This document shows positions 33,427 through 44,608 of a stretch of DNA of 64,000 nt, in pieces. The position numbers were made by a program, and so were the translations under genes. The first letter of the stretch is position 1, and each line of letters starts with the position of its first letter. The notes below the pieces were generated by a model. That model searched no databases, had not been told where the DNA came from, and saw only the letters and a program-made list of their open reading frames with translations. The stretch spans positions 1-64,000 of the forward strand of contig CAVXZB010000023.1 in NCBI GenBank assembly GCA_963765895.1, written 5' to 3'. This DNA comes from an uncultured Nitrososphaeraceae archaeon (GTDB taxonomy: Archaea; Thermoproteota; Nitrososphaeria; Nitrososphaerales; Nitrososphaeraceae).

Positions 33427-34013
33427 AATTGGTACTCGAACGCTTTTAATATGATAAAAATCTTCGTTATTCTATTGAATTTTGTCAATAAATATTTACA
33501 AAATAGGTATTGCACTATTAGATCAATATTGAAATCTCTGGTAGCAGATGTAGTCTAGAAAGCCAAGAGGTTTGACGGAACCAATAAGACCTTTAATAGA
33601 ACTAAATTATATTTACAAATTCGGATAATACTGCGTACATATACAACATTTAGTTAGCGCATGGCGACTACCTTTGGCTAAGCCCCAGTAACTGAATAAT
33701 TAGTAGAGGGACAATTTTCCGTTGTTTAAATTCATTTAATGTAACGTAAGAGCCATGAAATTTGCACGCGGCAAACTAAACCCTGAGGTCTTTGTAAAAA
33801 TAAGTGTTAATTTGGTATGTCAAACTATAAGACCTGTGCTTATATAAAACAATCCACAAAGTTCGAGACTATCAGGAATTATCTATTTACAAAATAATTC
33901 GCGTTAGGGCTACTGAAAATATCACTTTTTGACCTTCTGAAGTATATGGCTTTTCATCATCTGGTAATTGCATTCTAATCTGATCACACATTATGGAGAA
34001 CCTGCTCTTGGCT

Positions 34014-34529
34014 TTATCCGCCAGTTAGTCTAATAAATCTATTTTCTCCGTTAGTATGTTTTACAGCCAATGCTGCATAATCTAGATTTGCCAGTGCTAT
34101 TGTAGCCGACTTTCTCACTTCTTCATTTGGGTCACTAAGCGCTCCATTCAAAACATCTCTAGCTTTTTCAGATCCAATGACTCCTAACGCAATGGCTGCT
34201 TCATGCCTCACGAAAAAACTAGCATCCGTTTTGACGGCGTCGGCAAGTGCTTCGATTGCACTAGAAAATCCCAGCTGTCCCAAGGAGAATGCTGCTTCAT
34301 GTCGGACAAGCGGCTCCATGTCAGTTCTAAGAACTGTACCAATATCCCTAACTACTGATTCGGTTGAAATATCCGCAAGTATGCAAACTGCCCTAGTCCG
34401 AATTACCATATCCCGATGATTTAGTAGCGCGATAAAGTAGTTTACATTGTGGTTTTCATACTGCCGCTCCATCTCTTCTAATGTACTCATTCTGCTATCC
34501 GGACCTTCAATCGAGTTAATAGTATCCAT
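34014..34529 (-). CDS. HEAT/PBS-lyase repeat protein with two His-Glu motifs (half-DOHH-like)
   Basis: 'LVRHEAAFSLGQLG' and 'FVRHEAAIALGVIG' within about four HEAT repeats. Confidence 0.85.
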   Translation of the reverse strand: MDTINSIEGPDSRMSTLEEMERQYENHNVNYFIALLNHRDMVIRTRAVCILADISTESVVRDIGTVLRTDMEPLVRHEAAFSLGQLGFSSAIEALADAVKTDASFFVRHEAAIALGVIGSEKARDVLNGALSDPNEEVRKSATIALANLDYAALAVKHTNGENRFIRLTGG

Positions 34530-34625
34530 AAGATTTGTCTAGGTCAAGATGAACACTTATTTTTTTGTTGTGGCGTACTTTTCCGAATAACCTCGACGAT
34601 TTAATAAGGGTCAAAGTCAGATACT

Positions 34626-35093
34626 ATGAGAATGAGGATAAGATATTGGAGATTAGCGATATCAGAAGTTTTAAAAGCCAAATATCCAGTTAACAAAGTC
34701 AATCATTGGGAAATTAAATGCATGATGGGGGAGTACCAACACTTTGGGGTATTCTGGTACAAGTATGGCACTCCATTTGACAAGGAACCTATCCCCGGAA
34801 TATGCCTTTATTACAATGAGATTCCTCATACGACTGTAGAAGAAATCGTTCAGTTGTTATACGAAAATTTTGGGGGCAATATTCAATATCGACAAACAAG
34901 GGTTTTCTTACGCGGCTCAAAGGAATTTGCAGCAGCAGACCAAGTCGGCATGTTGGCAAATCAACTGAGTCTGAAATTCAACTCTCCAGCTGAAATCAGT
35001 ATTGAATTTGAAAGGATAACCGAGGAAGAAAAGCTGCTGGAATCTCTGAGTCTTCCGGCCGCTAAAGCATTACCAATTGTAGGTCCTGATTAG
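34626..35093 (+). CDS. Hypothetical protein
   Basis: 155-aa ORF with protein-like composition, divergent from the HEAT gene; start uncertain. Confidence 0.7.
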   Translation: MRMRIRYWRLAISEVLKAKYPVNKVNHWEIKCMMGEYQHFGVFWYKYGTPFDKEPIPGICLYYNEIPHTTVEEIVQLLYENFGGNIQYRQTRVFLRGSKEFAAADQVGMLANQLSLKFNSPAEISIEFERITEEEKLLESLSLPAAKALPIVGPD

Positions 35094-35243
35094 TATTAGA
35101 TTTTGGAAGATTGCAATTATGTAAGTATTACGGAAGTTCTTATATAGATCCCACGCAAATCAGGACTCTAATGAATCTGAAACGTGACTTTTATAATAAT
35201 TTGCAATATTGATATAGGCGGAAACAGATGATGAGGTGGATCA

Positions 35244-35711
35244 ATGGGAAATGTATCGTTAAATGAAGCTATTCTTTTATTGCAGAATTCGAGAGTCGCG
35301 GATTTTAACCTCTGGCGATTTAAGAATTTGACTTTAAAACTAGATTTAAGTGATATGGATTTTTCTGACAAAAATCTGTCGGGTGCTTGTCTGAACGGGG
35401 CCTTATGCACACGTTCAAATTTTTCCGATAGCAAGCTATCTCGCATCAACCTAGTTCAAGCAGATCTCACTGATGCCGATCTCACAAGGGCAGATCTAGC
35501 AGGAGCGTTATTAATGTTGGCCGAGATGGATCGCTGTAGCCTGATTGATGCAAATTTGACGGCAACCAATTTAATGGGGGCAAGACTGCGAAACGCCAAC
35601 CTATCTGGTAGCAAGATGATACGGACAGTCTTGATTGAAGCAGATCTTAAGGATACTAATATAAGTGTAGAAGGACGGAGTCAAGCATATACCAAATTTG
35701 CAAAGTTCTAA
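35244..35711 (+). CDS. Pentapeptide repeat protein
   Basis: A(D/N)Lxx repeats such as 'ADLTD ADLTR ADLAG' and 'ANLTA'. Confidence 0.92.
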   Translation: MGNVSLNEAILLLQNSRVADFNLWRFKNLTLKLDLSDMDFSDKNLSGACLNGALCTRSNFSDSKLSRINLVQADLTDADLTRADLAGALLMLAEMDRCSLIDANLTATNLMGARLRNANLSGSKMIRTVLIEADLKDTNISVEGRSQAYTKFAKF

Positions 35712-36052
35712 TGGAAATCTCTCCTAGAAGCCATATTCGCGCAACTAATCCTGCTTTTGATTATTCCTGGCTTTAATCAGTATCAAATTTCTATTCGATT
35801 TAATGACTTTCGTATTGTAAATTCTATATTACTTATTAAGACGGTTCTATCCAAGTTGACCGTAATATTTCCTATTTTGCAAAATGGCAGGTTAGGTCAA
35901 TGAAATAGATAGCGATCGTTCTTATGGGTAGCAAGAGTGATTTAATTACTCATCAGGCCTAAAAAATAGCGACAAAAAATACTGAGTAAACGTAACGCAA
36001 CTGATGGTGCTTCTATTATGTAATATTCAGGCCCAACTTGGCTTCAGCAGAA

Positions 36053-36911
36053 CTAACAGTCTAAGATCTCTGCCATCATTAATCCGTGAATGGTTTGCTG
36101 AGACATCATGTGTCCTAATAATGTTCGCTCCATTTTTCACAGATTTTATTTCGGCAACTATCGAGGCAACTAAGCGGTCCTCCGTTCTTGAATTTAATAA
36201 ATGACCGATGAAAGACTTCCTCGAAACTGACACACATATAGGCTTTTGAAAATTTTTCAATTTGGTTAAGTTTAGAATTGCCTCTATATCACGAATATAA
36301 AATTCTGCACCTTGAATTTTAGTAAAGAATGGGTTTTTACCTTCACTCCTGAAAAATCCAATTGATGGATCGATAATGACCTTATTCTCTGCAATCTTGG
36401 CTTGACGTGATATTGCTAAGCTTTCTCGCAAGAATTTTTTCGTTGCTGAAATCTGCCAGGAAGAGTGCAGTGACGGACCGCCGTATGCTCCAAGTATTAT
36501 CGGTGTCTTGGTGTCCGCCACAATCTTAGCCATGTTTGCATCAAATTTGAGTCCAGAAATGTCATTAACGGCATCAGCACCTGCTTCGATTGCTTCTTTT
36601 GCAACAGCCGACCTTGGCGTATCAGCTACTATTGGAAGATTACAACTTACCTTAACTGCTTTGACTGCATCAACCATCCTCCTTACTTCTTGGTTGAGTG
36701 GGATGAGTGTCTGCAGATATGGGGCAGTCGACATTGCACCTATATCTATTAGACTGGCTCCCATATCTTCCATACTCTGCGCAGTTTTCGCGATCTCTTC
36801 GAATCTTGTCAGGACAGATCCCTTGTAAAATGATTCTGGACTAACGTTTATTATTCCCATTACCCTCACAGGTGCATTATTACCTACGCACACTTCTCCT
36901 AGAAAAGTCAA
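36053..36911 (-). CDS. folP: Dihydropteroate synthase (C-terminal frameshift near 36101)
   Basis: 'MGIINVSPESF', 'IDIGAMST', 'NDISG', 'IDPSIGF', 'SRKSF', 'RTHDV'. Confidence 0.93.
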
Positions 36912-37118
36912 TTATTGGGATCACATTACAACTCAGAATTGCTTTTTTATATAAACAGTCTTGTTTATACATGAGACTAGCTAAGGTTAATATAGAACTC
37001 GCAATCTTTCTCTTGATAAAATATGCCTGTGATATACGTTGTATTGAATTACGATATTATGAATTGGTTCCTGGGAAAAGTGTTCTTTAACTAAAAGTCA
37101 ACATGGTAGATATACTCA

Positions 37119-39784
37119 ATGGTCAGAACGCTTGACAAGACTCACACCGTTCTCTCCTATATTGAGGGGAGTCTTAAAAACGTAACGATTGTTAATGGCA
37201 AAAGTAAATTTCCAGGGTTCATTTTTTCTCTGCTAAATCCACCGATCCCATTAGGCGGAAACATTGTATCTCTTGATTTATACGTTGACGAAATCCCTAT
37301 TGCAAAGAAATCAATCTTTGTCGCTACTTCCGATGACGTGGTCAATGCGTCCACTATCTCAGAAAACAGACCCATATCTTTTAGACCCTTTCAAAGTGCT
37401 AGATTTTTAATAACAAGGGATTATATGTTAGAAAAGACCAAGAAACACAAAATAGTCATACTTAGCAAGCTTGAGGGATTTGAGCAAATAATTATCCCAT
37501 TTACATTCAGAGACCGTGCTGGAGATCAGAGGGAAAGAATATTTATTCCGTCGAACATTTTTGACGAAGCAAATTTTGCTACCGATAGTTATGATACAAT
37601 TTTTAAAAATTTTATGAGTCCTCTAATCCTTTCGAATAAAAAGGCATATGTTGTTTGTTCATCGAATGCAAATCTTTCAGCAAATTGGACGTGGATGGGG
37701 GCAAGATATGATAACGGCGGACTATATGTACCTCCAGCGAGAGCTTTTGGAAGGATTAATGTAGAGATCTCAATAGAAGGCGAAGTCCGCAAAAGACTTC
37801 CGAATTTTGTTGCGTCATCTAAACACGAAAATGGAATCCTCTATACAAGACATGAAGTTTCTGGGTTGCAAGTTAAGAGAACCTTATTTTTGCCCTTGAG
37901 TCACAGAGGGTTTGTTATGCGTCTAGAGCTATCAGATAAGACATTGGACTATAAGAAACTAGGATTAAGAAGGAAGACTAGTAGGCCACAAAGAAAGATA
38001 AGAATTCATTTTTTGATAGATGGAAATATAACAAGTTACGGCTTGGGCAGCAATCTCACAACATAACTCGACTGATCTGATTGATAATGAAAATTGTCTT
38101 CTCATCCAAACTGCTGCTAGGAGGGACATTGCGCATTATTATGGAACGATAGGTGTTTCCCCTAAAACATTGAAACCTTCCAAAGTCCTGACTGATTCTT
38201 TCGATAATGACCTGGAGATTTCCTATGACTTAGTAATCGAACCGGACAAGAATGTTGAGATTGCGTTGATAGGAACAGGAAGCTATATCAGTTCTCAAGA
38301 TTGCATTGAAGAATACAAATTTTTGAGAGAAAATTATCAACGATTGCTACAAGATACCGAGATTTATTTCAAGGGATTATCGTCTTCCCTTCTTCATATC
38401 CAATCGACTCCACATCAGAACTCCACTTTCTCAAAACTTATCAAGGCATACGAAAAAGCCAGAATGAGTATGGAATATTTAAAGGCCGACTATGATGAAT
38501 TAGGTCCTGGCATATGTGCAGGTCTTCCTCGTTTTCCGAATTATTGGGCTAGAGATACTGGTTGGTCGTTAAGAGGGTATATTTCTCTCGGAGATTATGA
38601 TTTTGTCCTAGATGTCCTAGAAAATTTTTTTAAACACCAGGCCCGAAGAACGGCGGGATCGGCAACCCGAGGCGAACTGCCAATGATAATTAGTGGTAAG
38701 GCCTTTCTTCACAACACCACTTTTGGATCAGCTGATTCTACATTTTTATTTCCTTGGATAATCCGAGAATATGTCTATTCTACTGGAGATGTAAAGTACC
38801 CTAAGGAAGAGATGGAGAAACATAACTGATCTCGTAAATTGGGGTTTTTCAAAAGATGTGGACGGTGATGGTCTAATCGAGCATGGATTTACAGGAATTG
38901 CTGAGAAACTCCCGATCCAAGACTCGACTTGGATGGATCATATCGATCGAAGGAAGAGTGCAAATGATGTTCAAGCTCTTTTTTATGAATGTCTAAATAT
39001 TGGGAGTGAATTGGCAACAATCGTTGGCGATCACAGTAACGAACAAAAATGGTCAAACAATTCAAGATTATTGCGAGATCGTATTGATCATGTCTATTGG
39101 AATGAAAATAGTGGATTCTACTATGATACTATCCGTAGGGATGGAAGCAGGGATTCAAGCATTAGACCTAATGCACTTATCCCCATCCTAACAGACATGG
39201 TCAGTGAAAAGACCAAAGCGGAATCAGTATTGAGAAGGATTGAAAAGAGTGACTTGACTACTCCTTGGGGAGTACGAACGTTAAGCTCTCTCGATCCGAA
39301 ATACCATCCAACTTTATATCATGATGGAGCAGTCTGGCCACTTGTCACAGGATGGGCTGCAATTTGCGAAATCAAATATGGTAGGAGAGAACAAGCCTTG
39401 TATTATCTAGAATGTATGGCAGAGAGAATTCTCGCAGAAAATGGCATGTTTGCCGAAACTTACCGAGGTGATAGGCCTGAACCATTTAATTCGTGCATTC
39501 TCCAAGCTTGGTCAGTTGGAATGTACATCTACGCTTTGCGTGAGATGATGCTTGGTATGAGAATTGATATGACCAAAAATCGAATCCAGTTTGAGCCTCA
39601 GATTCCCGAATCTTTAAAGAATAATTCTGTACCTATAACTTTTGAACATACCCTAACAAGTGTATCAGAGAAATGTAGAATTCATGTGGTCTTAGACCCC
39701 ACACGCGATAAATTGTCAATCAAATATAAAGACCACGAATTAAAGAATATTCAAATGTTAAGTAGCACGTATTCAGTTGAATAG
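37119..39784 (+). CDS. Amylo-alpha-1,6-glucosidase / glycogen-debranching-like glycoside hydrolase (frameshifts near 38046 and 38800)
   Basis: 'AGLPRFPNYWARDT', 'TWMD', 'GVRTLS', 'YHDGAVWP', 'QAWS'. Confidence 0.87.
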
Positions 39785-39906
39785 AGGATAAATCACGTCC
39801 TGCCGTCTGACCTTTCATTTAGCAATAGATCAACTATCCTAGGAAATCAATTTAGTCCCGATCAAACACATAGAGTTTTGGAAAATAATTCCAAGGAAAC
39901 CGACCG

Positions 39907-40319
39907 CTATACTCTACGGCCCCTTCGTCCCCCAGGTTTACGAGTGGTATCATGAGGTATCGGAGTGACGTCGTCAATTCTACCGATTCTAAATCCAGCC
40001 CTAGCAAGAGCTCTAATAGCAGCTTGTGCGCCAGGACCAGGTATCCTGGGACCTACTCCCCCTACAGCCCTGACTCGAATATGAAGCGCATTAATGCCCT
40101 TTGTCTTGGCCACATCTGCTGCCAGCCACAGCAGATTTCATAGCCAGCATATGGCGATGACTCATACCTATCAGCGGTAACATGCCTCCCCCCAGAGCTA
40201 AATGAGATTGTCTCTGCGCCACTAATATCGGTAATATGAACCAATGTATTATTATAACTACTAAAGATATGTGCTACTCCCCACTTGTACTTAAATAGAT
40301 CTTCGGTTTCGCTACTCAT
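39907..40319 (-). CDS. rps11: 30S ribosomal protein uS11 (two frameshifts near 40123 and 40145)
   Basis: '[13 protein letters not shown]', '[14 protein letters not shown]', 'DVTPIPHD'. Confidence 0.97.
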
Positions 40320-40493
40320 GCCACTTCTTGAATGTCTGCAGGTATATTAACTTAAGGAGATAACATGCTCACGGAGGATCTAGCCAATAGAGTTATTGGC
40401 TTCTGCATCTCCTTTATGTAGTCTGAATTAAAATTAATATTCTAATCATGTAAACTTTTTGTGCGATTTATCTTGTTTTTAAACTGCTCGAGA

Positions 40494-41496
40494 TTATGAA
40501 AGATGAGTATATCCCCTATTTTCAAGCAGTGAGTATTTATTTTCCTTCCTGGAACGTATGAATACATTTCCAGAGCCATTCGTAGCTTCGCCTATCACTA
40601 AAAACTTTATTCTTGATCTCTTAGCACAAGAGATAGCTTGTTTAAAGTTTGATCGCGGAATTGTAGCGACTATCTCATATTCCTCCCCGCCATGGAATAT
40701 TAATTCTCTTGAACTCAAGTCGTTATGTTTCACGAATTCAGTCAAATCTAATCCATACGGAATCCTCTTTATTAGGATATCTACATTACTTTGTGTTGCA
40801 AGTTCGTAAAGCGACGTTGCAAGGCCGTCGCTAGAATCAATGGAGGACGAAAAATACTTTGATAGGATCGTGCCAAACCGAATTCTAGGTATTGGCATCA
40901 TTACCGAACTAATGGCTTTTTTTCTAAATTTCTCTGTGGCTTTCGCTCGATCCATAATGATTTTTAGCCCAGCTGGTGGATAGCCAAACATTCCAGAAAC
41001 AATTATCAAATCACCAGGACCTGCTCCATTTCTACCAGGGATCTCTAGATGGCTTCTATAGGTAATTCCTATAACACAACAATCTATAATCAATTCCTTT
41101 GTCTGATTTGTATCCCCTCCTGCTATTATGAAACCAAATTCTCGTGACGCCATCCGAAACCCCTCAACCAGACTCGCAATTGCTTTTGCTGAATAATCCA
41201 CAGGGATTCCTACAGAAATTAAAGATACATATGGTTTGGCGCCCTTGGCAGAGAGATCACTGATAACCGATACAATGCTTTTTCTGGCAATTTGCCATGG
41301 TTTCATTCCAGCAGGTACATCAGTACTTTCTACTAGCATATCACATTTGAAAACTACAGCATGCGATAATGAGATAGCCGCTTAATCTCTCCGGAGGAAT
41401 GACAGTAACATCATTTTGCCCAAAATCTTTCAAATTATTCTGTTTAAGTTTGGCAATAAAGAGCTGAATTATTTGTTTTTCATCTAATTTCATCAT
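40494..41496 (-). CDS. thiL: Thiamine-monophosphate kinase (frameshift near 41380)
   Basis: 'CDMLVESTD', 'SDLSAKGA', 'GGDT', 'DSSDGL', 'GGEEYE'. Confidence 0.92.
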
Positions 41497-42796
41497 ATAC
41501 CAGCTTCGCTCTACTAATCACTTGTCCGTACAGAGCACTAGCCTTGTCTGCCAACGATTCAACTGAAATGCGTACAGCATGTTCAGTGTTTGAAGGTCTT
41601 ATAAGGACCCATGAATTTTCGTCGATTATTAATTTAATTCCATCAATCTCGGAGGCCTCAGAAGAAATAGGACCAAGCTCATCGTATAACCTCTCTATCA
41701 GATCTTTATGTAACCTGGAATCAGCGGCAAGTTTTGATCGAATTTGGACATATTTTGACGATAATCTCAGGCAATCAGTCATTGATTTACGATCTAGTGA
41801 TGAAATAAGAACGCCTGCTAGTAGCCCATCCCTGCACATATTAAATTTAGACATAATAAAGCCGGCACTGCTTCCTTCACCACCTGCCTCTGCGCTTGAT
41901 TCAGACATCTTCTTAACTACATTAGCTTCGCCTACCTTTGAGTAATACGCCGTGCCGTTATGGTTGGCAATAAATTCCTTCACAGATATGCTAGTATCCA
42001 CGCTTATCGCAAAGTTTCTAATTCCAAGTCTCACTGCATTTGCTACACAAAATAAAAGCGTTACATCAGATGTTAACTTCCTCCCTGTCTTATCGATAAC
42101 TACTAGTCTATCTCCATCTAGATCTAAAGCCAAGCCTAAATCTAGAGAGTTGCACCTGACCAGCGCCCTTAATTCCCTAAGATCGTCTACGGTCGGATCT
42201 GGATTTCGTGAATGAATACCGGCTGTATCATTTATGCTAGCGACTCTATATCCTAGATTTCGAAACAGGATATTTGAATACTGACAAGCCGCTCCACCAC
42301 CTGGGTCAAGACCAATCTTTATTTTCTCCGCCATCTGTATACTCTGTGCCAGTTCTAGCAATTCTTTGATGTAGCTTGAGAAAAAACTAACTGACCGACC
42401 AAAATTATTAGACTGTTGCTGAACCGCTCGATCGAGCATGATATCTAATTCATTTTCATAGAGACCCCTACCATTAATAACAAATTTCAAGCCATTCCAA
42501 TCTAAGGGATTATGAGAAGCTGTTATAACGCAGCCGGCATGATAATTTCTAGCTTCGCGAAAAACTACTGGAGTTGGCGCTATATCGATGTTGTATACGT
42601 CTATGCCCTGCGCCATTAATGCCGACTCAACAACCCTAGCAATAATATGACTGGAAGGTCTAGTGTCTCTGCCTAAGACACATTTTCCTCCCAAATCTAA
42701 GAGACCTGATCCAAATAATCTACCTAATCTGTAAACCTCATTTATAGTCAGATCTTGCCCATATACTCCTCTTATACCGGAGACCGATATTTTCAT
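41480..42796 (-). CDS. Phosphohexomutase (PMM/PGM family)
   Basis: 'SGIRG', 'TASHNP', 'DLDGDR', 'RPSNTE'. Confidence 0.9.
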   Translation of the reverse strand: MKISVSGIRGVYGQDLTINEVYRLGRLFGSGLLDLGGKCVLGRDTRPSSHIIARVVESALMAQGIDVYNIDIAPTPVVFREARNYHAGCVITASHNPLDWNGLKFVINGRGLYENELDIMLDRAVQQQSNNFGRSVSFFSSYIKELLELAQSIQMAEKIKIGLDPGGGAACQYSNILFRNLGYRVASINDTAGIHSRNPDPTVDDLRELRALVRCNSLDLGLALDLDGDRLVVIDKTGRKLTSDVTLLFCVANAVRLGIRNFAISVDTSISVKEFIANHNGTAYYSKVGEANVVKKMSESSAEAGGEGSSAGFIMSKFNMCRDGLLAGVLISSLDRKSMTDCLRLSSKYVQIRSKLAADSRLHKDLIERLYDELGPISSEASEIDGIKLIIDENSWVLIRPSNTEHAVRISVESLADKASALYGQVISRAKLVYDEIR

Positions 42797-42897
42797 AGAA
42801 ACCTTAGAGATCCCCGCTATATTATATTGATTTGCTATTCATAACATATTACATATTAACAATTAAATATAGACTAAGCAAATTTTCGTCATCTTTT

Positions 42898-42972
42898 GCC
42901 CTAGTAGCTCAGACTGGTCAGAGCGAAGGTTTCGTAAACCTTAGGTCGTGGGTTCAAATCTCACCTAGGGCT
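42898..42972 (+). tRNA. tRNA-Thr(CGT), intronless
   Basis: GCCCTAG acceptor stem, AAGGT-TT-CGT-AA-ACCTT anticodon arm, TTCAAAT T-loop. Confidence 0.95.
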
Positions 42973-43009
42973 TAATAGGTCAAGATGCAATTTAGAACCA
43001 GCGTGGTAT

Positions 43010-44530
43010 TCATTCGTTACTAGTTAGAAGATAATTTTTAATGGCTTTCCTTAAGATGTCTACTGATCTTCCGAGATGCCTTTTTCGATTTGACAATGCT
43101 GACTCGTACTTTGACATTTTGCGGTTCAAAACGCCTATCATTTGTTGTTGATGTTTGGGATTGGGTGAGCCTGCTGACGCTCGCAAAGAAACCGAGGCTT
43201 CAGGGGTAAGTCCCATGATTATATGTAAGACCTCTTTAGCCTGGAGATCTGACTTTACCTTATGGAGGACCTCTTCCACCTGCTCTGTTTTCAACTGTGC
43301 CAAAGACATATTTCCGTTTCTCACCGCTTTTTCTACTAATTTACCGATTATCATGTGCGCGGTACGGAATGGAACGCGTTTGCGCACGACCAACTGCTCT
43401 GCTATGTCAATCGAAATGGCGTAGCTGTTGTTAGCTACCTGTGCCATTCTTTCTTTATGAACATAGATCGAATCAATAACCATTTTCATTATTTGCAAGG
43501 AGTCCTGTACAGAGCGTGAGGCATCCCACAGAGCTGGTTTAATTTCTTGGAGATCTCTACTATATCCTGTAGGCAGTGACTTCACGATTGAAAACACGCT
43601 ATTCATGCTGCCCAATAATAATCCAGATTTTCCGCGTATTATTTCCAACGGATCTGGATTTTTCTTCTGAGGCATGGCACTAGACGAAGAACTGTTCTCC
43701 TCTGAGATATCGATATAGCCAAATTCGGATGTTGACCACAGGATCAGATCTGCTGATATCCTACTCAACGTGGTCATAATAATTCCCAATGTAGACATAT
43801 GCTCACATATAGTATCGCGTGAGCTAGTCGCATCTATGGAATTTATCACAAGCCCTCTAAAGCCCAGTAAGAGAGCGGTCCGATTCCTATTAATTCGTAT
43901 AGACGATCCACCTATCGCACCCCCTCCTAGTGGACATTGGTTGATTCTATTATATACTAGATACAATCGGTCCAGGTCTCTAAAGAGTGCCTCAACATAT
44001 GAAAGAAGCAAGTGTGAAAACGTTCCTACTTGAGCTTGTTGTAGATGAGTGTATAACAGAGTAATTGTTTTTTGGTTTTCTGCTGCCTTTTTAAGTAGAC
44101 TACGAATTAGGTCTAAGATATAGGCACAAGTTTTGTTGATGTCATCTCTAATCTTCATCCTCATATCTAAAACTACTTGATCATTTCGTGACCTTGCAGT
44201 ATGCATCTTTCCTCCCGTTTGAAGACTGGTCTGTTGAATCACAAATGCTTCAAGGGATTCATGAACATCTTCAAAACTGGCCAGGTCTATTAGAGTAGTA
44301 TTTCTTTCCAGTTTCAGCAGAGCATGTAGAATTTGACTGAGTTCTGATATGGTTAATATCCCTATTTCGTGTAACATTATGCAATGGGCTTCGGTTCCTA
44401 AAACATCGTAGTATAATAATTCGATGTCTTCCTCGCCTGATGAAAGAAATCTAAGCATATTGTCTTCAAGATTTCGGTCTGATCTGGATCTATACACGAT
44501 TGATGCGTTTTGAAGAACACTAGATATCAT
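43010..44530 (-). CDS. argH: Argininosuccinate lyase
   Basis: 'HTARSRNDQV', 'YTHLQQAQ', 'SSAMPQKKNPD', 'GYSRDLQ'. Confidence 0.96.
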   Translation of the reverse strand: MISSVLQNASIVYRSRSDRNLEDNMLRFLSSGEEDIELLYYDVLGTEAHCIMLHEIGILTISELSQILHALLKLERNTTLIDLASFEDVHESLEAFVIQQTSLQTGGKMHTARSRNDQVVLDMRMKIRDDINKTCAYILDLIRSLLKKAAENQKTITLLYTHLQQAQVGTFSHLLLSYVEALFRDLDRLYLVYNRINQCPLGGGAIGGSSIRINRNRTALLLGFRGLVINSIDATSSRDTICEHMSTLGIIMTTLSRISADLILWSTSEFGYIDISEENSSSSSAMPQKKNPDPLEIIRGKSGLLLGSMNSVFSIVKSLPTGYSRDLQEIKPALWDASRSVQDSLQIMKMVIDSIYVHKERMAQVANNSYAISIDIAEQLVVRKRVPFRTAHMIIGKLVEKAVRNGNMSLAQLKTEQVEEVLHKVKSDLQAKEVLHIIMGLTPEASVSLRASAGSPNPKHQQQMIGVLNRKMSKYESALSNRKRHLGRSVDILRKAIKNYLLTSNE

Positions 44531-44608
44531 ATATAGTTTTTAGATGTTATGCCATTTGGGGTCATTCTATTCATAGATATTGAATTCCTGAATTTGGAGA
44601 CAAAGTGC

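Noticed and set aside
33427-34013. C/D-box sRNA candidates (ATGATGA on the minus strand near 33960 and 29480)
   Set aside because: No properly spaced CTGA D box or recognisable guide complementarity found by eye
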